Below are positions 38,116 through 48,830 of a DNA stretch of 64,000 nt, one piece after another; position 1 is the first letter of the stretch; every line of letters begins with the position of its first letter. Below the pieces are notes generated by a model. It worked only from the letters and a program-made list of their open reading frames with translations. It made no database searches and had not been told where the DNA came from. The DNA is from an uncultured virus (IMG/VR IMGVR_UViG_3300040816_000784) (lineage: Duplodnaviria; Heunggongvirae; Uroviricota; Caudoviricetes): IMG/VR virus record IMGVR_UViG_3300040816_000784. The stretch is one strand, 5' to 3'. The position numbers and the translations under genes were made by a program.

Positions 38116-39223
38116 CTATTGTAAACCTCTCTAAACTTTGATTGTATGTTGAATTGCTTACTTGCACAAATGTAGTACACTTACTTAATTGTTTAAGAGT
38201 ACGAGCCCCCACATAAGTACAACCGCTACGAAGACCTCCAAGTACGTCATTGACAACATTTCTAACCGGCCCTTTATAAGGAATCTCAACAATCCTTCCT
38301 TCACTTGTTCTATGCTCTTGAACACCACCACTCTCCTTCTGTGCTTCAGTAGTACTACTACCATAAAATTTTACATAACTTTTTTGTTCTGACTTAGTGG
38401 CTTGTGCTCCTCCAGATGGATTACGCTCATTTGTAAAATAAGATTTAGACAGTACTTCTCCACCGCCCTCATCACAACCAGCCATCATGCCTCCAAGCAT
38501 AACAAAATCTGCTCCGCCACCAAATGCTTTTACTACATCGCCAGCACTTGAACAACCGCCATCAGCAATGATGTGTCCACCAAGACCATGAGCGGCATCC
38601 ATGCACTCCATGACTGCGGATAACTGCGGATACCCAACACCAGTCTTAATCCTAGTAGTACAAACACTACCAGGCCCAATACCAACTTTAACAATGTCTG
38701 CTCCTTTGAGGAGTAATTCCTCTGTAATATCTGCTGTTACAACATTACCTGCAATAATGGTAATGTCAGGATGTTTATCTCTAAACCTTGCAACGTAATC
38801 TAAGAATCTTTCACTATATCCATTTGCTACATCAATACAAACATATTGAATACTACGACAAAGTTTTAGTGTTGCTTCAATACGTTCATCATCTATATCT
38901 GTGATGCCTGTACTAACTGCTGTGTGTTTACACATATCAGGCTTGTTTACATGATGTCCTATCCAATCCCAAATCTCAGCCGGTTGATAATTTTTATCTA
39001 GGCATGTAAACATTGGCACTTTAGCAAGTTCTTCTGCCATTTTAAATGTACCAACACCTTGCATGTTTGCCGCCATAACAGGAATGCCTGTCCATTCCTT
39101 TTGACTGTTTCTAAACTTATAAGTTCTTGTTAAGTCTACTTCTTTGCGACTGCCCATTGTACTACGTTTAGGTCTAAGTAGAACATTATTGTAATCTAGT
39201 TTAATATCATTTTCTATACGCAT
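38108..39223 (-). CDS. guaC: GMP reductase
   Basis: [44 protein letters not shown]. Confidence 0.95.
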   Translation of the reverse strand: MRIENDIKLDYNNVLLRPKRSTMGSRKEVDLTRTYKFRNSQKEWTGIPVMAANMQGVGTFKMAEELAKVPMFTCLDKNYQPAEIWDWIGHHVNKPDMCKHTAVSTGITDIDDERIEATLKLCRSIQYVCIDVANGYSERFLDYVARFRDKHPDITIIAGNVVTADITEELLLKGADIVKVGIGPGSVCTTRIKTGVGYPQLSAVMECMDAAHGLGGHIIADGGCSSAGDVVKAFGGGADFVMLGGMMAGCDEGGGEVLSKSYFTNERNPSGGAQATKSEQKSYVKFYGSSTTEAQKESGGVQEHRTSEGRIVEIPYKGPVRNVVNDVLGGLRSGCTYVGARTLKQLSKCTTFVQVSNSTYNQSLERFTIGE

Positions 39224-39576
39224 AATAAGTATATAATCCCAATGTAAGTTAGTAAGTGTAATAATTGGTCAACACCATGTGTTACCCAAAACATTTGATC
39301 TATTGATGTGTATCCTTTAGACTTCCAAATATTGCTTTTAGCATAGTCTATGTGATAATGTATAATTGAATCTGCTACTGCAAAGCCTATAATGGCTAAC
39401 CATGTTGCACATGGTACAGTAAGCAAAACTAGAAAAGTTAAAAATCCGTGGTAGCCTGCATGAGCCAATCCACCTTTAGCACCGTAAGTGCCTTTGTCTT
39501 TGATCATCCAACTGTATTGCATGAAATAATCTGCTACAGTATGTTTTACTATAAACAGAGTCATGAGTTCGAGCAT
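39214..39576 (-). CDS. DUF3307-like membrane protein
   Basis: KHTVADYFMQ, HxxxH, HYHIDYAK, GVDQLLH. Confidence 0.75.
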   Translation of the reverse strand: MLELMTLFIVKHTVADYFMQYSWMIKDKGTYGAKGGLAHAGYHGFLTFLVLLTVPCATWLAIIGFAVADSIIHYHIDYAKSNIWKSKGYTSIDQMFWVTHGVDQLLHLLTYIGIIYLLCV

Positions 39577-39896
39577 TACAAGTCTCCTTCTTTGACGAAA
39601 ACTCCGTCTACCATTCTCCCTTTACGATCTTTAATGTCGTCCCATGCTTGACGCACACATTCGGTAATTGATATATTGTTACGTTCAGCAATATTGATTA
39701 AGACTACAATCATATCACCGATGTCGTCTTTAATGTCATTACCTTTACAAATGTTATCTGACAGTTCGCCTGCTTCTTGAATAAGTTTAGCAAACTGGCT
39801 TTTGTCATCACTGCCTTCAATTAAGTTCCTATCGTGATGCCAACGTTTAATATTGTTTACATCTTCTATAAGGGACTGTGTTTCTGTGCTTTTCAT
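39576..39896 (-). CDS. MazG-like nucleotide pyrophosphohydrolase
   Basis: KLIQEAGEL, DDIGDMIVVL, IKDRKGRMVDGVFVKE. Confidence 0.85.
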   Translation of the reverse strand: MKSTETQSLIEDVNNIKRWHHDRNLIEGSDDKSQFAKLIQEAGELSDNICKGNDIKDDIGDMIVVLINIAERNNISITECVRQAWDDIKDRKGRMVDGVFVKEGDL

Positions 39897-39897
39897 A

Positions 39898-40284
39898 TTA
39901 GGCTTTCCAAATTAGTGTGTCTTGTTCGACAGCAATGTTGTCTGACTCTCCATTTTTAGAATAGTCTCGGTATTGTTCACCAGGTAAGAAGTACATCCAT
40001 GCTCTACCTTGTGTTGTTTCTGTTTTTTCTTTGTTATAGAACTCTGGATATCCTTCTATCATATCAAGTTCTAATGCTGTTTGTTCATCTACTTCCCAAA
40101 CTTCACCTTGTATATGATGTTCTCCATTTTTTAGTACACCTGGAAAAGCACCTAAATCAATCATGTGATAATCAGGATAGGTTGTTTTTGCTTTGCCTAC
40201 AATAGTTGCACCTGGAAATCCATCCAGTCCTCTTACTTTACCACCACTCTTAAGTGTGCCATATACAAATACTAATTCGCTCAT
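39898..40284 (-). CDS. Gamma-glutamylcyclotransferase family protein
   Basis: VFVYGTLKSG, IQGEVWEV, LDMIEGYP. Confidence 0.88.
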   Translation of the reverse strand: MSELVFVYGTLKSGGKVRGLDGFPGATIVGKAKTTYPDYHMIDLGAFPGVLKNGEHHIQGEVWEVDEQTALELDMIEGYPEFYNKEKTETTQGRAWMYFLPGEQYRDYSKNGESDNIAVEQDTLIWKA

Positions 40285-40496
40285 TTGTTTTCCAGTTGTT
40301 CTTCAAGTTTCTTGACTCGGTTATTAAGTCCAGCAATTAAAATACTTGTGTCTTGATCTGCAACGATAGTGTCTAATGCAATCCTATCATTACGCAAAAC
40401 CTCAACTTCTGATTCTAACGTTTTAATTGCTTGTTCTTTTTCCTTTAGCAGTTCTATTAGTTCTGCTTTAGTCATTTGTGTCTTAGATTTCTTCAT
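40281..40496 (-). CDS. Small coiled-coil protein
   Basis: 71-aa ORF directly after a sigma70 promoter. Confidence 0.65.
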   Translation of the reverse strand: MKKSKTQMTKAELIELLKEKEQAIKTLESEVEVLRNDRIALDTIVADQDTSILIAGLNNRVKKLEEQLENK

Positions 40497-40503
40497 TCAG
40501 TAT

Positions 40504-40531
40504 ATTATAGCAAAATATTGTTAAATGTCAA
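40504..40531 (-). promoter_or_regulatory. Sigma70 promoter (leaderless)
   Basis: TTGACA-16 nt-TATAAT with TGn extension, 7 nt before ATG 40496. Confidence 0.8.
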
Positions 40532-40536
40532 GTATT

Positions 40537-41040
40537 TTATGACAGTTTTTCAACTTTGCATCCACTTTTTTCCAGGAAGTCATATCCACTTCCTTTATCT
40601 GCTTTATAAGAGTTTTTAAATATTACATGCCTTATGCCGCTTTGATGTATTAGTTTTGCACAATCTAAGCAAGGCTCATGTGTGCAAAATAAAACAGCAT
40701 CTTTAGTACTTTCATTACTTTGTGCCATTTTTGCAATGGCATTAGTTTCTGCATGTAGTACTTCGTCTTTGGTTTTTAGTCTACTCCATGTACTACCGTG
40801 TGGAGATTCGTGCATTGTTGCACCTGACTCTTCATATTCTTTTCTCATGTGAGGTACATCATTCCAAGTGATTACTTCTTCACACTCGTTAGTCCATCCG
40901 CTAGGCATACCATTGTAACCAATGCTAACTATACGATTGTCCTTCACAATGATTGCGCCTACTTGGGCACGTTTGGCACTACTCAGTTGTGCAAATCTTT
41001 CTGCACAATCCATAAATGCTAATTTGAATTTATCCTTCAT
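40537..41040 (-). CDS. dCMP deaminase
   Basis: VGAIIVK, GYNG, HAETNAI, PCLDC. Confidence 0.92.
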   Translation of the reverse strand: MKDKFKLAFMDCAERFAQLSSAKRAQVGAIIVKDNRIVSIGYNGMPSGWTNECEEVITWNDVPHMRKEYEESGATMHESPHGSTWSRLKTKDEVLHAETNAIAKMAQSNESTKDAVLFCTHEPCLDCAKLIHQSGIRHVIFKNSYKADKGSGYDFLEKSGCKVEKLS

Positions 41041-42241
41041 GTTTAGTTACACTAATTGCGGCACTTCTACCACCAAAGCCAAAACTAGTTTTAAACATGT
41101 TATTATAATCTTTATCTATTACTTGACTTAGTAAATTAAAGTGTCCATCTTCAGTAAATGGTTTTACTAATCCTGCGTTTGCTGGCACAAAGCCTTGAGT
41201 CATTGCTTCTGCACCTAATACTACTTCTGCTAATCCACTAGCACCCATTAAATGGCCCACTTGTCCTTTATTACCATACAAGTGACTTCCTTCTGGAAAG
41301 TAATCTTTCAACACGTTATACTCAACAGGATCACCAAATGGTGTACTAGTAGCATGAGCATTCAGTACATTGTACTCACTGGCATCTTTGCCGGATTGCT
41401 TTAACACATTGTCTATTGCTATTCTGGCACCTGTGCCTTCTAGGTCAGGTTGTGTTGCATGAGCACCATCGTTTGCAATGCTTAAACCATCAACTACCCA
41501 ACGTATGTTAGCACCTCTGGCTTCAGCAAGTTCTAATGGTTCTACAACCAAATATACACTACCCTCGCCCATTACAAAACCATCTCTGCTTTCGTCCCAT
41601 GGTACACTTCTGCCTGTTGGACTAATTGCACCTAATAGTTGGAAATAAATACTGCTCATTGAACTGGTCATAAAATCAGTACCACCTACAATAGCACATG
41701 TATATCCTTCAGTCATCATATACTTTTTGGCAATGTCTAATGCTTGGACACCACTTACGCAAGTACCACTGGTACCCATGCTAATGCCATGCCACTTGTA
41801 ATGACTGCTTATATGATTACTAACATATTCATGCGAACTGCTTAGTAGTATTTGTGGGTGTACCTTACTGCGTTGTTGATGTAGTATTTGTCCATACCTT
41901 GCTAAGTTAGGAGCACCACCTCTAATGGTTCCTACAAACACTGGTGTGTTATCAGGAAAGTCTAGTCCACTTTGCTGAACTGCTTCATCTACTGCTATCA
42001 TACTAGTAATAACAGTTGGGTCTAACCATTTTCTATCTTTTGATTTTACTAAGTGATCTGTATCAACATCATTGTAATTACAATGAAATGCTCTTTCAAT
42101 TTTAATAATCCAATCACTGAAATGTCCTTGAGGCCTATACTCTTGGTTAGGCACTTCTAAGTTTTTTAAATTTGTTATATTTTCTTCTAATGTGTTTCCT
42201 AACGGTGAAACAATACCTACCCCGGTAATTGCTAACTTCAT
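41030..42241 (-). CDS. fabF: Beta-ketoacyl-ACP synthase (FabF/FabB family)
   Basis: ITGVGIVSPLG, GTCVSG, RDGFVMGEG, NAHATST, KGQVGHLMGASG, SFGFGG; Cys-His-His triad present. Confidence 0.88.
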   Translation of the reverse strand: MKLAITGVGIVSPLGNTLEENITNLKNLEVPNQEYRPQGHFSDWIIKIERAFHCNYNDVDTDHLVKSKDRKWLDPTVITSMIAVDEAVQQSGLDFPDNTPVFVGTIRGGAPNLARYGQILHQQRSKVHPQILLSSSHEYVSNHISSHYKWHGISMGTSGTCVSGVQALDIAKKYMMTEGYTCAIVGGTDFMTSSMSSIYFQLLGAISPTGRSVPWDESRDGFVMGEGSVYLVVEPLELAEARGANIRWVVDGLSIANDGAHATQPDLEGTGARIAIDNVLKQSGKDASEYNVLNAHATSTPFGDPVEYNVLKDYFPEGSHLYGNKGQVGHLMGASGLAEVVLGAEAMTQGFVPANAGLVKPFTEDGHFNLLSQVIDKDYNNMFKTSFGFGGRSAAISVTKHEG

Positions 42242-43071
42242 TAGTATGTTCTCCTAATTGCGGCACATTTATATGGACCTGTCTTTGGTGGTGGGAAAGC
42301 ACTCAGTAACCATTCTGTTTCATGTCCTTTGCCAGCCGCATCCATTATTCTATAAAGGTCCCATAATGGTTCGTTCACTCTTGCGTAGGCTATATCAAAC
42401 ACTAACATCACTCCACCAACTGGCAATCTATTGAACGAACTACACATTGAACTTAATAATCCTTTTCTTTCATGTAATTCAAATCCCAAACTAATCGGGA
42501 AAGGAAAAATTGCTGTTAGGTCTACAACAAAGTCATCATCTTCACTTCCAATTGCATCTCCATTTACATTTACTATTCTTTCTGGCAAGTAACTTGCATC
42601 TGTGGTAAAATTACCATAATAAACATCAGATACTGTTTCTGGATCTTGTGTTAGATCAACCTTTGTGGTTGCACCATTTGGATAGGTTATTGTAGTGCTT
42701 ACAACTTCACCTGCTTCGTTATATTCTACTGTATTTGGTATTTGAGGGTTTTGATATACTCTAAGGTCATCTTCTACAGTTTCCCAAAAGTCATCGCAAT
42801 ACAAAAATGTATTTACAAATGTATCTTGGACAACTATTTTAGGAACGTTAGCATCGTTATCAGCATTGTCTATGATAAATTTAGCAGTTTTTCCAGTGCC
42901 TGCATTTGGCTCTTTAAGTAAAATTGTTTGATCTGCTGTCATTTGATCAGCAAATGCTTTTAAAACTGCGGCTTGCTCCATAGTGAGTGTGCCATCTGCA
43001 ATATCGTCCCAGATAAAATTCGCTGTGTCTATTGCACGGATTTCTTCTTCTGTTGGTATGTTAAAGGCCAT
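42241..43071 (-). CDS. Acidic hypothetical protein, paralog of 43129..43944
   Basis: Shared QAAV(L/I)K, DQM(T/S)AD, TGKTxKFI, FNxLPVxGV; AGGAG SD before ATG 43071. Confidence 0.7.
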   Translation of the reverse strand: MAFNIPTEEEIRAIDTANFIWDDIADGTLTMEQAAVLKAFADQMTADQTILLKEPNAGTGKTAKFIIDNADNDANVPKIVVQDTFVNTFLYCDDFWETVEDDLRVYQNPQIPNTVEYNEAGEVVSTTITYPNGATTKVDLTQDPETVSDVYYGNFTTDASYLPERIVNVNGDAIGSEDDDFVVDLTAIFPFPISLGFELHERKGLLSSMCSSFNRLPVGGVMLVFDIAYARVNEPLWDLYRIMDAAGKGHETEWLLSAFPPPKTGPYKCAAIRRTY

Positions 43072-43128
43072 AAAAAAACTCCTAGTTCTTAACACTATTT
43101 AGTGATACAAAAAAGGAGTTTTAATATT

Positions 43129-43944
43129 TTATGATAATCTTTTAATACAGATAATGTCTACGCCTGCGTCACTACCGTTTATCTCTGATGTTTCGTAAGT
43201 TCTACCTACTGAATCTTGTGCGGCAAGCATTGTCCACACAGATGTATTTACTTTAGAATACATTGCATTCATTATAACTAATACACCATTTACTGGTAAT
43301 TCGTTAAAACCAGCACACACTAAATTTAAAATATAATCTTTAACCCAAGCATCAGGTACACCAACATCTACTACATTTGGAAAAAGTGCAATTAGATTTG
43401 AACCTAATTCATCACTGTCTGTTCCTAGAGCAACATCGGCATGATTTTTAATTTCTGATAAATCATAAGTTGATTTAAAATTTAAGTTTGCCATTTGTGC
43501 TGAATTCAATGCAACTGGGTCTGCAGTAAAATCAATAGTTGAATCACTTGAATCACCTGGTAATCTTGTTGTTATAGAAACAATTTCATCATCATCGTTT
43601 GTACCTGCTGAACCACCAACGACCGTGTGTTTAAATACCTTATCATGATTGCCTGACATTGTAAAGAAAGTACTAGTATCTAAAACTGCATTACCCCATA
43701 CATCAGTTGTTACAATATTTGGTATTGTTGTACAATCGTTTACTATAAACTTTTCTGTTTTTCCTGTAGATTGGAATGTAGATCTTATATGAACAGTTTC
43801 ATCAGCACTCATCTGATCAATAAGGTTTTTGATGACTGCGGCTTGATAATCTACAATTAGGCCAGCATCATCTGAAGAGAGGGTATAACCACTCTTATCA
43901 ATTGCTTCTATGTCTGCGTTTGAAGGTAAGACAAAATCTGTCAT
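43129..43944 (-). CDS. Acidic hypothetical protein, paralog of 42241..43071
   Basis: Same shared motifs; GGAG SD. Confidence 0.7.
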   Translation of the reverse strand: MTDFVLPSNADIEAIDKSGYTLSSDDAGLIVDYQAAVIKNLIDQMSADETVHIRSTFQSTGKTEKFIVNDCTTIPNIVTTDVWGNAVLDTSTFFTMSGNHDKVFKHTVVGGSAGTNDDDEIVSITTRLPGDSSDSTIDFTADPVALNSAQMANLNFKSTYDLSEIKNHADVALGTDSDELGSNLIALFPNVVDVGVPDAWVKDYILNLVCAGFNELPVNGVLVIMNAMYSKVNTSVWTMLAAQDSVGRTYETSEINGSDAGVDIICIKRLS

Positions 43945-43974
43945 TTTAAAATCTCCGTTAAACTTTTATATACT

Positions 43975-44883
43975 TTATTTATCATCGATTGTGATAATTT
44001 CTTTGATAGTAGGAAATTCAATTGCCATAGTTTGTATTTGTTCTATGTCATAGTTCCCTACTAATTCGCCCAGTCTTAAACGTCCTAAACGATACTCTGG
44101 AGACATATAATCTATATAATCTCCTAGATTATTTCTTTCACACCAATGGTAGTAATCTTGCATTTTTTGTGCATCTGTTTCTGCTGTAGGGCCCATATGA
44201 GGGCCTGTCATAAAATTAGCGGCAACACAAGGTGTTAGTTGCGTTTGCTGTCTAATTTCTCCACTTTTAACTAGTTCAACATCTTCTGTCCAGTAACAAG
44301 CACCTAAATCCTTTCCTATAGTATGATAATCTAATTCTAATACACCCCATAATGCATGTGGCATTCTCAATAAATGATCATCTTCTGTAAAGTCAATATC
44401 AAGTTCTGTTGATACAACACCTTCCTGTTTTGCTACAAAAAATACTTGATCTATTTCTACAGGACCTGCTTCTAGCATGTGAACTAATATGTTTACACGT
44501 TCCAGTAACTCTTGTGTTCTGTTTATGCCTGTACCGTGCTTCTCACTATACAGTTGAAATATTTCGTGAAGTGTATTTAATTTCTTAACTTGCTCATGTG
44601 GTGGTATTGCTAAATCCAATTTTAATGCTAAATCTATTTCACAACCATCGCACTCGGCATTGATTTCATCAATGACCCAGTTCATTTCTTCTGCAAGTTT
44701 AAGTGTGGTTTGTTCTGTTTTCTTTTGCCGTACATCTATTCTGCCGTACATTGTGCTGGCAGGTTTAGTATACTCTAACAAATTAAAAACTTTATCAGCA
44801 GAGTGAGTATCGTAAAGTTCCCACTCTAACCGATCAGTTTTAGTTTTATTTTCGTTCTCAAGAATTAGTTGAATTTTCTTCAT
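43975..44883 (-). CDS. Hypothetical phage protein
   Basis: 302-aa ORF. Confidence 0.7.
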   Translation of the reverse strand: MKKIQLILENENKTKTDRLEWELYDTHSADKVFNLLEYTKPASTMYGRIDVRQKKTEQTTLKLAEEMNWVIDEINAECDGCEIDLALKLDLAIPPHEQVKKLNTLHEIFQLYSEKHGTGINRTQELLERVNILVHMLEAGPVEIDQVFFVAKQEGVVSTELDIDFTEDDHLLRMPHALWGVLELDYHTIGKDLGACYWTEDVELVKSGEIRQQTQLTPCVAANFMTGPHMGPTAETDAQKMQDYYHWCERNNLGDYIDYMSPEYRLGRLRLGELVGNYDIEQIQTMAIEFPTIKEIITIDDK

Positions 44884-45439
44884 TTTGCATTCTTTTGATT
44901 TCTTCTCTTCTTATATCCTTGACACTAGTTAAGTATGTAAGCATTGAGTCAGCATCACTGACATCAAAAGGATCACCTGCAAAATTATCTGTTTTACCTT
45001 CTTCAACAAAAATCATTTCTATTCTACCGTTGTCAACAACCATAGAATATCTTTGACTTCTATCACCAAAATCAACTGCTCTCTTCTGAACAAGCATACC
45101 CATGTGTCTAGTAAAATCGCCGTTGCCGTCTGCAATAGGCTTAACTTTACTACAACCAATATGGTCCATCCATGCATTCATTACAAATGAATCGTTTACA
45201 CTTAAACAATAGATCTCGTCTACGTCTTGTGATATGATATCCTCATACTTTGCTTCATATCCTGGTAAATGTGTGCTAGAACATGTAGGTGTAAATGCAC
45301 CAGGTAATGCAAATAATACAACTCTTTTATCTTTAAAGATATCTTCTGATGTCTCTTTTACCCAATCATAATCTACTTGACCTTCAGGAATTGCTCTTTT
45401 ATTCCAAGTTATGTTTGGTATTGTCATTTCGATCGCCAT
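44858..45439 (-). CDS. Peroxiredoxin (Prx5 type)
   Basis: LPGAFTPTCSSTHLPGY, SVNDSFVMNAW, DGNGDFT, RSQRYSM. Confidence 0.93.
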   Translation of the reverse strand: MAIEMTIPNITWNKRAIPEGQVDYDWVKETSEDIFKDKRVVLFALPGAFTPTCSSTHLPGYEAKYEDIISQDVDEIYCLSVNDSFVMNAWMDHIGCSKVKPIADGNGDFTRHMGMLVQKRAVDFGDRSQRYSMVVDNGRIEMIFVEEGKTDNFAGDPFDVSDADSMLTYLTSVKDIRREEIKRMQNEENSTNS

Positions 45440-45464
45440 TTATATTCTCCGTAAATGTGTGTAG

Positions 45465-46958
45465 TTAGTTATCTAAAATGTTTTCAAAATTGAAGAAATC
45501 TTTGTAATCTTTTAGAGACTGGTCTGTGTCAGCACGTTTTTCATTGTCCAACAAGTTCTCTACAAAGTACCTACTTTGATTTCTCATAAAATGTGCTTGA
45601 TGTAAATTACTCAACATAGAAAATATCATTTTTCTATTATGATTTATTTTATCTTGACATTTTAACCAACGTTGATGTAATTCTGCAATTGGTACAGTTG
45701 ATATCTGTTCCATTTGATCTGCTATCATTCTCATACGTTCGCCGCTATCAGTTATGTTATCATAACTTTCATTTATGCCCAATTCTTCTGCTAACGTATA
45801 AAAACCTAATTTTTTAAATGCATCAACAAATCCTGCTTGGGCATAAACAACTAAAGCCTGGCCATGTGCTATTGGCTTTAAAACTTTTTCTGTAAAGAAA
45901 TAATTTTTTTCGTTTAGTTCACTTGTGCTTTCACAAGTAAGCCATACATAAGCATCGTTATCTAGTGGCATAAACTTTGATTCCGTATCACCAATGTATG
46001 GTGCATCTCCCTCAATAGTTTTACCTACTCTCATTTCGCTTACAAACTTGTTTACTAATTCTTGATTTATATGGGTTACAGGACCACCATAGTATTTTTT
46101 CATAACTGTTTGAAAAAATATTTCTGTGTAATGATTTCTAACTTCACCCTCACTAGGTGTTGCATCTGATCTAGTAGGATCAATACCAAATAGTCTCAAT
46201 GGTGGAAATGCACTTATGATATTTTTGTATGCTTTAATACGTCTTTCCCATAACAACCAAAGTAGTGCTACTCTGTTTTCTACTTCTCTACGATTTAAAA
46301 AGGTGAATGTGTGTTTTTTCTGTTTGAGTGAAACTGGATTTAATTTATATGTCTGATCACTTAAAGGATCACAAATCTTCTCTAATTGATTTGTATCCAT
46401 GTGGCCTAGCATCCACCAAGATACAATATACTTTAATGGTATCTCACCATTATCTTTTGCATATTGATCTATAACTTCTTGCCCTGCAAAATTATTACCT
46501 AAGAAAAATACTTTATCTTCAGGTATATCATACAAAGCCATTAAATTATATAATATTTCTAGACTGTCTTTGATAGTTGGACTTTCATCACAAAAACTAA
46601 TACATAAAGGCTTGTTTATTTCATCAAAATTTTCAAAGTAACTAATTAAAAAATCTATTTGTTGATCTCTAAAACTAAAATCTGTGAACAAGTTTCCAGC
46701 AGAATCAAAATTTGCATAACCACTTGTAGGAATAAAAAATTGTACTGCGATAAACTTATTATCACCTTTGTGTTCATTTAAAATTTCTCTAGTATATCCA
46801 CGTAATATAAAAACAGGATGATTTGATTCAATCAAAGGATGTTTGTGATTTGGTATGTTGCTTTCAATTTGCCACATTGAATATTGATCTACTTCAGAAT
46901 CTCCTAGATCAATTACATCACCATGTACTGTTTGTAAATTGCGGACGTCTATAGTCAT
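45465..46958 (-). CDS. Putative glycosyltransferase-like protein
   Basis: FLNRR...R, ES...FFTEKVLKPI...LGFYT; related to 53921..54868; function inferred. Confidence 0.5.
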   Translation of the reverse strand: MTIDVRNLQTVHGDVIDLGDSEVDQYSMWQIESNIPNHKHPLIESNHPVFILRGYTREILNEHKGDNKFIAVQFFIPTSGYANFDSAGNLFTDFSFRDQQIDFLISYFENFDEINKPLCISFCDESPTIKDSLEILYNLMALYDIPEDKVFFLGNNFAGQEVIDQYAKDNGEIPLKYIVSWWMLGHMDTNQLEKICDPLSDQTYKLNPVSLKQKKHTFTFLNRREVENRVALLWLLWERRIKAYKNIISAFPPLRLFGIDPTRSDATPSEGEVRNHYTEIFFQTVMKKYYGGPVTHINQELVNKFVSEMRVGKTIEGDAPYIGDTESKFMPLDNDAYVWLTCESTSELNEKNYFFTEKVLKPIAHGQALVVYAQAGFVDAFKKLGFYTLAEELGINESYDNITDSGERMRMIADQMEQISTVPIAELHQRWLKCQDKINHNRKMIFSMLSNLHQAHFMRNQSRYFVENLLDNEKRADTDQSLKDYKDFFNFENILDN

Positions 46959-47314
46959 ATTACTACATAGTCTCTGATTAGTGTGTTAAGAAATAAAATA
47001 ATTCCCACACCATTTAACAATATGAGTGCTCTGTCTTTCCATAAAAAGCCTACCCACATCCAACCTGCTACACCAACTAAACTTAACATCAAGTCATATT
47101 GTTGTAAGCCGTCTACTCCTCTAATGCTCATACTGGAAAGAATAAAAATACTAGCAATCCATTTTATATACCAACTTAAATCTTGTTTGGGTGTGGCACT
47201 TTTCTGTATTCTGTTAGAGTGTTTAATCTCGCCTACAGTGAACTCTTGGCCTTTTGCAGTTTCAATAATAACATCATCTAATTTTTCTGAATGTGGTTTA
47301 ACTGTTCTACTCAT
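46955..47314 (-). CDS. Three-TM membrane protein
   Basis: SWYIKW...WKDRALILLNGVG. Confidence 0.7.
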   Translation of the reverse strand: MSRTVKPHSEKLDDVIIETAKGQEFTVGEIKHSNRIQKSATPKQDLSWYIKWIASIFILSSMSIRGVDGLQQYDLMLSLVGVAGWMWVGFLWKDRALILLNGVGIILFLNTLIRDYVVI

Positions 47315-47646
47315 AATATGCCTAACTGATATTTTCCTTCATCGCTGATTGCGTCTGGATTCCAAGGTGGATCAAATGTAAGTACTACCTTTACATGATT
47401 TAATCCGTTGACTGCCCTTGTGGCAAACTCTACTTCCATTGGTAGTATTTCTGCGGCTGGACAATTTGGTGAAGTAAGTGTCATTATAACCTGACAGTCA
47501 TATTCTTTGTTTACTTCAACGTTATAAATAAGTCCTAAGTCATAAACGTTTAAATTTATTTCAGGATCAAATACTCTTTTTAAATTTGCTACAACTAAGT
47601 CTAAGAATTCTTCTTGTAATGACTTATCTTCTCTAGTGTCTTCCAT
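47311..47646 (-). CDS. sufT: DUF59 Fe-S assembly protein (SufT-like)
   Basis: VFDPEI..NVYDLGLIY, MTLTSPNCP, FDPPW. Confidence 0.9.
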   Translation of the reverse strand: MEDTREDKSLQEEFLDLVVANLKRVFDPEINLNVYDLGLIYNVEVNKEYDCQVIMTLTSPNCPAAEILPMEVEFATRAVNGLNHVKVVLTFDPPWNPDAISDEGKYQLGIL

Positions 47647-48830
47647 AATCCCTCTACTAGTTGTACACAATCGTGTTCGTTGTTATATGGTGCTGAACTA
47701 ACTCTCAATACACCGGTGTTTTCTTTATTAAATCTTCTACTGGCAGGCTGGGCACATAAGTGACCTGTCCTAACACAGACTTTATCAAAGTTTAAATATG
47801 ATGCAATATCACTTGGATTTATGCCTGGCGTTACAAAACTGTATACACTTCGTGGACCTATATCACCAATTAGTTTTAATTGTTCAATATCAAACAAACC
47901 TTTATCATTTAACATGTTAAAGAAGTCTGCTTCACATTCTTGTATATCTTTGTAACTAATATCTTGTATCCATTTAGCCGCGGCTCCTATGGCATGTACT
48001 CCTGCTACGTTGGGTGTACCTGCTTCTACTCTTTTGAAGTCAGGGTATAATGAATACTGACTGAAGTCTGCAAAACTTACAGTTCCCCCACCTATGTCAT
48101 GACTGCCTTCAGCAAGATCTACAAATCCGCCTCTGTGAAATAATACACCGGTACCAGTAGTAGCATACATTTTATGTCCACTAAATACTAGCCAGTCAAT
48201 ATTATTTTTTGCTACACTAATTGGCTCGTGTGCTATACTTTGACATACATCTAATATAACATCACAGTCATACTCTTTGGCAATCCTAATCATATCTTGC
48301 CATTTTAATTTTATACCAGTTAAGTTACTTTGTGTTAAAAATGACACAATGCTACCTGGATTATCTTTTACTGCTTTTGTGAAATCTTCTATACTGACAT
48401 CACCGTGATCACTTGCTGGCACTACAACGATTTCATATTTGTGTTGTAGCCAAGGCAATATGTTACTGTGATGTTCAAGTTCTGTTAGTATTACTTTACG
48501 TTTACTTTCTTTATAATGTCTAGCAATAATATTAAGTCCTTGTGTTGTACCAGCAGTAAAACTTACTTCACTAATATCAGACTCAATTAAATCTGCAATA
48601 TGTTGTCTTGCTTGATCAAACTTATCACTTGCTATACTACTAGTTTCAAAATCACCTCTATGTACATTTGCTCTGTAGTTGTAATGATAATCACTGACAG
48701 CCTTAATTGCACTATCAACTGTTTGACTACTAGCGGCATTATCTAGATATACTAAATCAGAATATGCTAAACTAGGGAAACAATTTCTTATCTCCTTTAT
48801 TGCTTTTGTTTTATTGTATACGTTTAGCAT
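47601..48830 (-). CDS. sufS: Cysteine desulfurase, group II
   Basis: YLDNAASSQ, ANVHRG, EHHSNILPW, SGHKM, EAGTP, RTGHLCAQP. Confidence 0.93.
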   Translation of the reverse strand: MLNVYNKTKAIKEIRNCFPSLAYSDLVYLDNAASSQTVDSAIKAVSDYHYNYRANVHRGDFETSSIASDKFDQARQHIADLIESDISEVSFTAGTTQGLNIIARHYKESKRKVILTELEHHSNILPWLQHKYEIVVVPASDHGDVSIEDFTKAVKDNPGSIVSFLTQSNLTGIKLKWQDMIRIAKEYDCDVILDVCQSIAHEPISVAKNNIDWLVFSGHKMYATTGTGVLFHRGGFVDLAEGSHDIGGGTVSFADFSQYSLYPDFKRVEAGTPNVAGVHAIGAAAKWIQDISYKDIQECEADFFNMLNDKGLFDIEQLKLIGDIGPRSVYSFVTPGINPSDIASYLNFDKVCVRTGHLCAQPASRRFNKENTGVLRVSSAPYNNEHDCVQLVEGLWKTLEKISHYKKNS

